Assembly (NCBI GenBank): GCA_051294375.1
Contig: CM119268.1
Coordinates: 21,300,553 to 21,364,552, forward strand
DNA length: 64,000 nucleotides
Reading direction: 5' to 3'
DNA from: Paraspadella gotoi
Taxonomy: Eukaryota; Animalia; Chaetognatha
Both the position numbers and the translations under genes were made by a program. Every line of letters begins with the position of its first letter. Position 1 is the stretch's first letter. A model generated the notes under the pieces. It was not told where the DNA came from and did not search any database. It saw nothing but the letters and a program-made list of their open reading frames with translations. Positions 54,566 to 64,000 of the stretch are shown here, one piece after another.

Positions 54566-55775
54566 GTGTCGGGCTGACCGACGCGCCAACTCTCTCGCCA
54601 GGCGACCGCCTTGTCGGGATTCTCGGTCTACGAACGGTCTCGTCGGGCGACCCCCTAGTCTGGCTACCGACAAAAGCCGACAACCTTACGTCTCTCGTCT
54701 TCCTGGATTCCGACGCGAGATGAAAACGAAGAACTTGAACGAGAACGCGATGAGCCTGAATCACGGATCTGAAAAGGAGGAAAGAGGAAAAGTTGGGCAC
54801 TATTATCCCAAAATCACCCATTTCTGTTCAGAATATATATGTAAACTTAATTTTAATTGAAATATTCAATGCCTTAAACTCTTCCAAAATTCTCAAGCTA
54901 ATCCCTAACCTTGATCCCTAATCCCGAACCCTAATTATTAATCCCTAATCCATAACCAAATCTTTAACCTAACCCCTAATACTAATCCCTAACCTAATCC
55001 TTATCTTGAAATACTAATCTAACTTAAAAAATTAATAACCCTGAATTTGAACTGAAAGGCAGCACTTTTGAAAAATATGGCCAAAAGGTACAATTAGATA
55101 CTTGAAGGATGTAGTTTCGGGGTAAAAGAGGCCCCAAAGTCTCAAACCTGACTTTTAATTTGCTAATCTTTTATCTAATTTTACTTTATCAATATTATCT
55201 ACATATAAAGTATGAAATTTTTACTTTAGTTTATTTAAATACAAAACAATTTTTCTCTATCGCCCTTGATAATTACTTTAGGCTCCCCTTATTATTACCC
55301 TTATTATTATAGGGAATACCCTATAATTCTTTGGCCTTAATATACTTAACAAAACTAATTTTCTAGTAGTTTTAGTAGAAACCCTTAGCGGTTAACCCTA
55401 CCTGTAATAAAATAGGAGAAGAATGACGATGATGAAGACTGGAATAAGAAATCCGTGATTCCCGATGATTTTGAAAAGACCTTATGAAAGAAAATAATAT
55501 TTATTATAGATTCAAAGCTAATATTTGAAAAATAATTTATAAAAGTAGTTACTAAATACGTCCGATTTTTATCTACTTTTTATCGACTTCAATTAATTAT
55601 GAACGAGGTTTTATTTGTGTGTACAAAAATAGATAGACAAACGGCTAATACGAAATCTTTTTTTTTCTTTTTTAAAAAGAAACCCTATTGCTAATTCTAT
55701 TCATCATTAGTGCATTTAGACAGTTTATGGAATGTAGTTTATAAAAATCAAAAATTGAGGGAGAGAGAAAGAGAG

Positions 55776-55837
<62 letters not shown>

Positions 55838-58800
55838 AAAGCTTCCAACAAAGGGTTGAGGGAAAAGACAACAACCAGAGGGTGAGGACAGCTGAAGTTT
55901 AGATACAGGAGGGAAAAAAATCGTTGTGAGAATAAAATCTTATACCAACTAAAATGAAAGGAACAGAAAAGAAAATCATAACCAAAAAACAACCAAAGAC
56001 TAACCCTTGAAGGGGATGGGCCAGGTGTCGATCTCCTGCGCCAGCAACTCGGCGATGACCTCGGATCCTCGAAACGGACCGCAAGATGGCGACGGCGGAA
56101 CTTTTACGACGACGTAGCCCAAAAAGAGGACAACGAGCAGAAAAGAAATCATGAGGGCTGACATGAAGAGGCTGTTTACGCCCGCGGCCTTGAAGGCTGA
56201 CTCCTCGGAAGGGACAGAATTCACCTTGGGACATTTAAGGGTTGAGAGATGAGTAGATGACAAGAACAATGACAAGAACAATGACAAGAACAATGACAAG
56301 AACAATTACCTTCTTACCTTAAGTTTGAAGAGATAAACAAAAAAGTAAGAGAAGAGAATGAAGCAACTCAGCGCCGACATTAATGGAACGAAGAAAAGAG
56401 AAATCCAAAACACAGTCTGGAAAATAAATAAACATTCCAATTGAGTCGTCATTTTAATCTTTTAATTGCGAAATTACATAAACAATTTCATTATTCATCC
56501 AATTTAAACACCATAATTATGTACTTTATCTAAAGTCAAACATAACGTCGAAATGAAATTGACCAGTAGATGGATCTGATAATCCAAATAGTTTGCCACG
56601 CGAGGCTTTTATAATCCCGAGTCAGTTTTTCTGTAGGTATGCATATATCATTTGAGCCAATAACGAGGTTTTTAGGCTAAATAATATAGAAGCTGTACTA
56701 AAATAAAAAAGGATCGAAATTGTATCTTACAATATCCTTTTTTTGAGTAAATAAATTTTTTCCCATCTATATTTTTTTATTTTTTTATATTTTTTTGAAA
56801 ACTTTAAAACAGCTAAGCCCCAAAAAGAAAGCTATAATTGTTGAGCTTTGGAAGGCTGGTTTGTCAAGATATAGGATCGCCAAACAGTTGCCTTTTTTCT
56901 CTCACAGCCATCTTTAGAGTTGTCAACAAATTTTAAGCAACTGAAGACCTCGGATGAGCTGTTGGAAGCAGAAATAAAATGCTTTTATCATAACTTTTAA
57001 ACTTTTTTTTGACCAGATCTTAGAAATCTTGTCTATTTGCTATTTTATGGTCGCAGCGGTAAGATTCAAACCCACGTAAGATTCAAAGACACAACATAAA
57101 AACTGATTACTAACAAAAACGACAGCAACAAACCCCTTGCCTGCGTATAGACGAGACCTAATACGTTTCGCTCCAACAAAAATTGAACGTTTCCCACGAG
57201 ACGACATAACGCGCTGCTTTTTTGTTCGCCGTCGCCGCCTGGTGGTCGACAGCAGTACTTGACTAAAAGACGGCGCGGGAAGTCGACGAGAAAAGTCGAG
57301 GCCAGAGTAGCAAGGAAGTCGACGACGGAGAGACGCCAAAACTGTTGTCCCGCGTAAGTCTCCCAGCAGAGGATCTCTAAGATTAGAGTTCAGGGGGTAA
57401 AGGCTGCACTTGTCAGCTCTTTTTTTTTCAAAAGTTCTCCATTCCTCAAATTAATTTGAATGCTAATATTTGACCATAATCTAAACCTTATTCTTAAACC
57501 CTAATCTTTAACCCTAACCCTTAACCCTATGGTGGACTAAAATCCACCAACCGTTCATCAGTGGCCATTGGTGCCGGAGGCAAGTCATTCACCTCCCAAC
57601 CCAAATGTCCGGGTTCTGGCCCTGTGGTCGCCTTGCAGTTAAGAGGGACTGGGCGCTTAACCCGCCTGTAACACGGTGTTAAAGCCTGATCCGAAGCTCA
57701 GGGACTGCTTAATGCTTATATTGAACAGTTCTGTCATTAACACATAACAATAATTACTGTCTCTTCAACCATAACCTAAACCTTTACCTTATTCTTAAAC
57801 CATAATTTTTAACCCTAACCGTTAACCCTAAAATTTAGTCCTTAATCCTTAGTTCCTAACCCAAATAAATAATCTAATTCCTTACCCTAATTCTCAATCT
57901 AATCCCTACATTAATCCAATATTTAAAATTTATAATGTAATGGGGTATTCTGGGAAAATAATACCAAATAAGACCCAATTTTTTTCTTAAAAGTTACTTT
58001 AATCAACTTGTTAAGGTTTTCCTTTTTCTCTCGTTATAAACATACAATACATACATACATACATACAATAACCTGGTTCATCGTCATAAAGACAACTGCC
58101 ACAAACCGTCTTTCTTTCGTCCTTGCAAATGAATTCTGCAATTAAAAGAATTTTAACAATTACATCTATGCCTTTGGCGAAAAAAGCCTTCATTTAAAAA
58201 TAGTAATTTTTTTTTTTTTAATTTCTTTACGAAATTAGTGACCAAAAGATTAAACAAATTATTCATTAGCTGATCCATTCACAGAACAAATCAACTTATT
58301 CCCTTAAACACTTCACCTTTTGATATGGAATAAATAAGGACGGTGAGTGAAAGCAGCTTTAACACGACGAGTCTGAGTAATTTCATTTTTAACTCCTTCA
58401 TCGGATCCCATTTTTCTATTTTCGCCACAAAATCCAGCAAGATTGGGACAAAGGCATTTAGAGCGGTTATTACTAATGTGGGGAGATAGTTGACGAAGAG
58501 CACCCAAATGAACAAATTCTCCTTTGAGAAGGGGTTCGATCTTTCTGCTTTTCCTGGCGTGCGGTTTTCCTTTGAATACAACATGGCTGTGTAGATGACA
58601 GCACCTGAGACGACAAGCAAAACCACCACAATCAGGTTGGTGACGACACGGACAAAGAAGCGAAGGCATCGTTCTTTGCGGCTGCGCCTCACTTCTTCGA
58701 GCAAACGTCGCCTCTCGTTGAGTTCGACTCGAAGAAGATGGCAAAGATGAAAACGATTTCGCCGACTCATCTCTTCTCTCGTGACGCAAAAGTCCCACCC

Positions 58801-60099
58801 GACAAACACAAGATTAAAGCAGGTATAGTAAGCGTCTTCGGCGCGAGAGAGCATCCTCTGTCGGAGACCAGAGGCTGAGTTTCGGATCATAGCGAGCAGC
58901 CAGAAGAGGCCCCAAAAGAAGGTGACCAGAAGATAAGCCAAGGGCATGTCATATTTGGAATCCCGACTCAGCCCACCATAGAATGAACCGTTGGTGTCAA
59001 TGGGACTGTAGTTGCCGTAAAAGAGAATAGAATTTTCCATAAATCCGGTACCTTGAAAGAAATCTACCACGGGTTTAGTGAGTTTGTAGATAAACCTCAG
59101 ACCATCATGTGTGGAGTTCAAAGTGACTAGATCTTGAGAAACTTGGGATAGATTATAGTCGGAGTCCTTTAGTATTTCCTCGTTGTATTTGAGTGAACAT
59201 TGAAGAACAATGGAGTTTTCAGAGCGTTTGGTTGTTGGAGTCAAAGTAGACACATTTAAGTCATTTTGATTTGACTTGTCAAGACCCTCGGACGACCCAT
59301 TGGAGAGAATGACCCTGGGCGATGCAAAGACGGACTTTTGTGAAGTGTTCGGGTAAATGACGAAAAAGAGAAAGATGGCGAAGACGAAGAGATTCCGATA
59401 GAAAAGCCACTGGACGAAATCGAAGAAGGAGGAAATCGCCGTCCCGTATTGCGTCTCTACGGATCGGACGAACCCGTTGAGTGGAAGGATTGTGTTGCCG
59501 AGATCCGAGAGGTCGGACCAGAGACGACCGCAGCAGCCCTGGGGATGATGAGGGTGAGAGGATTTCATCGTTGGAAAGTCTAAGGGATCTGTGAGGCATG
59601 AAAACTCACCTGCGTCACTTCCAGCGAATCCCGCAGCAGCATTTCCGAATTCGTCGGGTGAGACGCGCCGTTTCCCCGCCGCAGCCGCAGCCGACGCTTC
59701 GCCTCCTCCTCCGCCCGCAGCCGATCTTCGTACGCAGCACGGGCGAAGCGGCGTCCGACGCTCCGCTGCGTCCGCCGCTTCGGGAGCAGCCGCGTGGAGA
59801 GGCGACGAAAGAGANNNNNNNNNNTGATAATAATGACTATAATGACGACAATGATAAACACTGTGCAAGAGATTTTTACATGTAGGAAATGGATGTAAAA
59901 CTGATGTAAAAACGTGATGGTGGATTTTTTCTTAGAAAAAAAAAGGGATTTTTCAGTTTTGGATGAAAAAAAATGAGAACCGAATAAAATGTTTTCGTGA
60001 TTTTAAATTTGAAAGGAAAAGCGAAAAGAGGTTGAGAAAAACTGAGAAAAATTGGAGAAATCTTAAAATTGCTTTCGCTTTAATATTTAAATAAAAGGG

Positions 60100-60161
<62 letters not shown>

Positions 60162-61260
60162 TTCTTCAGTTCGCTAACTCATATTGACAAAAATGTGACT
60201 TTTTATCGGATTTTACTTAAATGGTTGTTTAATCTGAAGTCAAAAGTACAACACTTAACTTTTACACTTTTTATGTCGAAAGATGAAGAAATGCCGGAAT
60301 AACCGAATTGATATATTTGATTAATGTACATTTATTATGTATTCTTAATCATAATTTCAAACCATATTCCCTAATCTTAACCCCCTAACCTGCTTCTTCA
60401 CACTAATCTAATTCACACACTACTCTTTATTACACTACTCTTCAATAAAACCAAATAAACTAAACTAAACCAATCAATAAAAACTAACCAAACCAATCAA
60501 ACCAACCAATCTAACAAATGAAACCAAACCAACCAAACCAAACTAACCAATGAAACAATCAAACCAAACCAATCAAAATGAAACCAACCAATCAACATGG
60601 GTATAAGCCAAGAATCAAGTCCATACCAATACTAACCATGTCAAACCAATCAATACCAACCAAACCAAAGGCCAATCGCTATCAATTAACGAATCATATA
60701 CTAAACCAATCAAATCAAAAAAAAATTATAGCCTAAACCAATCTAAACCAAGCCAACAAACCCAACCCCACCTCAAACTTACTCTCCATCCACGAGCCTC
60801 TCGTTTTTTCTTTTTCTTTTCCTCTTCTTCTTTTCGATCTCTCGACGTCGTCGTCCTCGTCGTGTCGTCGTCAACGTCATCGTAGACGACGCCCTCTTTC
60901 GCGTCTCCGCCGTCGAGCTCCGTCTCCAGATCGAGGGTCCAACGCGTAATTGACTTGACCCTCTTTGCGGTGATCTTCGTCTTTGCGGCGATCTTCGTCT
61001 TTGCGACCATCGTCTTTGTGGCGATCTTCCTCTTTGCGGCGATCTTCGTCTTTTCGGCGATCTTCGTCTTTGCGGCGATCTTCGTCTTTGCGACTATCGT
61101 CTTTGCGGCGATCGTCTTCGTCCATCGTTGCCCCGTATGATCTTCGCGGCGAATTCGGCGAAGTCTTTAAAGCGTCCATCGTCGTCATTTCGGTCGACAT
61201 CTTTTTGGGTTTTTTTGTTTGTTTTTGTTTTTGTTTTTTCTTCTGTTTCTCCACCGGCAT
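54552..61260 (-). CDS. Transmembrane channel-like (TMC family) protein: complement join(54552..54768,55402..55480,56005..56224,56318..56416,57141..57376,58073..58135,58317..~59814,60783..~61260)
   Basis: TMC hallmarks: VETQYGTAISSFFDFVQWLFYRN, VDFFQGTGFMENSILFYGNY, KYDMPLAYLLVT, LVFVGWDFCV, YLPTLVITALNAFVP, CWETYAGQQFWRL, RNVLGLVYTQ|TVFWISLFFVPLM and PSPSCGPFRG. Phases are consistent from 58317 to the stop. The 5' part has an N gap and one apparent 1-bp frameshift near 60936. Confidence 0.92.
56830..57086 (+). mobile_element. Second LTR-like/antisense tRNA-Leu element, in a TMC intron (duplicate at ~50370-50617)
   Basis: TATA-like motif and AATAAA, then GAAATCTTGTCTATTTGCT...TGGTCGCAGCGGTAAGATTCAAACCCACG. 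Confidence 0.5.
57530..57767 (+). mobile_element. tRNA(Gly-like)-headed SINE-like element with twister-like motif, between ~60-bp direct repeats
   Basis: Head TGGTGCCGGAGG...CCTCCCAACCC...CCGGGTTCTGGCCCTG resembles the 3659 head. Direct repeats at 57473-57529 and 57768-57830. Confidence 0.6.
57635..57708 (+). ncRNA. Circularly permuted (P5-type) twister-ribozyme-like motif, possibly degenerate
   Basis: GCAGUU...GACUGC closing stem; GAGG-GA-CUGGG; UAA-CCC-GCC; P3 UAACA/UGUUA; G; P4 CCUGA/UCAGG closing loop UCCGAAGC (canonical twister L4 is UCCCAAGC). Confidence 0.6.
60965..61115 (-). repeat. 18-bp coding tandem repeat encoding (RRKDED)n in the TMC N-terminal exon
   Basis: About 8 copies of GATCTTCGTCTTTGCGGC in an open frame on the minus strand. 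Confidence 0.75.
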
Positions 61261-61906
61261 AAAATGAATATTTTTATTTCTTAGTTTTGTTTTCACGGTA
61301 TTATAAAGTGTTTTTAAAACCTCAAAGTCTTTCTTTTTTTAAGGAATAAACGAGAAGAAAACTGATCTTTACTCCGCAAAAAAAAGAATCGTTAATGTCT
61401 TCGATATTTAAACAAAAGATTAAAGGAAAAGATTCAATTTTCTACATAAAATGCTTCGCTGTTTTTAGGTATTAAATTATAATTTTTTTTATTGGATTTA
61501 ATTGTTTTGATTTTGGATTTATACATCCACATGTAGCGATGTTTTTTTTCATATTTTGCGGAATGGTACATGTTAATTCTAAAAATCTGAAAAAAATTAG
61601 AATTTGGAGCCAAAAAAAAGAGGAAGAGATTTGTTATAAATGAGCTAAAAATCGACCAATCGCATTGGTTTCTGCAAATTGCGTATTCAGTTATTCTAAT
61701 TTAACAAATGAAGCGAATTAGAATGAAAACTGCGCAAAAATAAAGCACAAATAGAAGGATGAGATTACAATAAATGTAACTCGACTTTGACAACAAAAAC
61801 AAATAATTTTCTTTTTGTTTCTCGTTAATCTTTTACTGGACAAACTGATGAAAATTAAAGCAAAGGGACTGCGTGCGGAAGGAAGATCGCAGATAGAGAG
61901 CTGCAT

Positions 61907-61996
<90 letters not shown>

Positions 61997-62658
61997 AAAA
62001 GGTTAGGGAACAAGAATTCCGTGTACAAATCGTGACGAGAATACGACGTCAGGTTTGATCTTGAATCCTGATTTCCTTTCTAAAGAGACATACGTATAAA
62101 TTAAAATATGAAAGATATTAAATAAAAAAACTGACAATTAAGACAACGCCAGTTTATATTCCGTAAAAATAATGTTATATTTATCATTTTTTATGTACTT
62201 CTGTCGCTGATAAGAATAATGAGTGCTATTTTTTTTTCCCTTGGAACAAAGAAAATCTTTCAGTTTTTTTTTCTTTCTTTACAAATTTATGAACAAATGA
62301 TAATAAATTGATAAAAAAAAAAAGGGAAAGAAAAACCAAAGAAAATAATTTATGTGACCAGTTTTTCAAGACAAAAAAGTTAAACGTCATGAAAGATTCG
62401 CTTTTGATGCCGAGCGAATAAGTTTCTGTTTGACATTAATTACTAAACTTGTTAGCTGAAAAAAAAAATTAAAAAGAATTGCTTCCCTACCTTCAGAGTC
62501 CATGGTTTTGCTAAAGTCTTCTTGCAATATATTCGCTAAATGATTTATTTTTTAGACTACTATAAATTAACGAATTATTTTTTTGGGGGAGAAAAGCCTA
62601 ACTCTTCCGGTTTAAGTCGCATCTTCATTACGTGAGGAGATTACAAAGGATTCAAAAC

Positions 62659-62711
<53 letters not shown>

Positions 62712-63055
62712 TCTCTCTCTCTCTCTTATAGATGGACCTAGATCTTCATCCCCCTGACACCAGATATAAACAAAAGCAAGAATCTAAGGGTAAATAAAAC
62801 GACTGTAGAATTATTAAATTAGTATACATATGATTATATGTATGTATTATACGTATTATACTTAAAAATGGCAACTTGACATAATTTTTTATCAATTGAC
62901 AAACAATTGACAAATTGGTTAATCTGATAATCTGAAACTTTTTTGTTTTGTTATTTCTTCCTTTTTTCTTTCTTCTTCTCTCCGCCTCATTTCATCTCCT
63001 GTCTTTCTGTCTTTCTGTCCCCCTTCTCCGTTCTTTCTATTTTTCTCTCTTTCTC

Positions 63056-63117
<62 letters not shown>

Positions 63118-63271
63118 TCTTTCCTACCATTCGACTCACGAACTTTGTGAATTTATTAAAAAATTATTTAAAATTATACAAAAATTTATTCAAAAATTCC
63201 TAGAAATAAATGTTGAAAAAACTAAACAATGAATGGTTAATTGGACTAAAAGTCTTTTGTTAATCGAAGAT

Positions 63272-63379
<108 letters not shown>

Positions 63380-63663
63380 GTCTTGTTATTTTCCTAGGGG
63401 AAATCAATCCCGAATGTTATGGTTAAAAGCGATTTAAATGATTGATATGATAATAAGAATTGCCCCGCATTTGGATTCATTTCTCAATGTCCCTATGATT
63501 CTTATTTTCATTCTTTTCCTAAAAGAAAATTATTTTTACGTTTAATTTTTGTATCTTATCTTTTTTCTATTCATTATTACGATATATATCTTTTCCTTTC
63601 GAATTATTGAATCTGTTTAACTTATGTACTATTTAAATATATTCTCACATAGTAGACCACTAT

Positions 63664-63722
<59 letters not shown>

Positions 63723-64000
63723 TACTACTACTACTATAATATAATAATAGTCTTGTCTTTGTTAAAGTTTTGTTTTCCCCATCAGAAGAATTTTTTGTTT
63801 ATCCAGTCTTCCTTTTGATGCTTACACTCCCTTCTCTCACAATCAAGTGTCTCTTTATTTCCCTCCCTTTTCCCTCATTTTCCTCCCTCTCCTCTCACTC
63901 CTCCCCTTTCTTTCCTCCCTCCCTTCTCCTCCCTCTCCTTTCCTCCCTCCCTCTCCTCTTTCCCTCTTTCCTCTCGCGATGGATCCGGTCCAAATTTCTC

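Larger units (their letters stand above)
44889..57828. repeat. ~6.5-kb tandem duplication (44889-51372 vs 51398-57828) separated by an N gap; likely uncollapsed assembly overlap
   Basis: Colinear near-identity; the first copy is riddled with 1-bp indels. Confidence 0.85.

Noticed and set aside
56938-56985. CTGAAGA...GAAA as a hammerhead in the LTR-like element
   Set aside because: No helix II in register and no helix III/cleavage triplet.

Overview
Eukaryotic, AT-rich, microsatellite-dense invertebrate DNA (lophotrochozoan-like by general style; inference only), from a gappy, indel-prone assembly. Almost all long ORFs in the supplied track are microsatellite noise. Manual splicing supports three multi-exon genes. 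(1) An ankyrin-repeat/SOCS-box (ASB-like) gene at 1093-3236 (+). (2) A class A peptide GPCR of the FMRFamide-receptor-like group (+, TM1-TM5 exons between ~14.8/28.8 kb and 44.2 kb; TM6-7 not found in the window). (3) A transmembrane channel-like (TMC) gene at ~54552-61260 (-), whose 3' part also appears as a frameshifted tandem copy that is probably an assembly duplication. The most interesting signals are small non-autonomous retroelement-like repeats with structured RNAs. Three copies of a ~300-350 bp Penelope-pLTR-like element carry minimal hammerhead ribozymes with covarying stems, and two of them form an inverted pair around a ~0.6 kb spacer. A tRNA-Gly-headed SINE-like element carries a circularly permuted (P5-type) twister-ribozyme-like motif between ~60-bp direct repeats. 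An LTR-like repeat ends in a long antisense copy of mature (CCA-bearing) tRNA-Leu. Splicing oddities include a triplicated 3' splice site, a GC-AG intron, a candidate 30-nt micro-intron and (AATC)n-built acceptors. All calls come from reading the sequence by eye; no searches were run.
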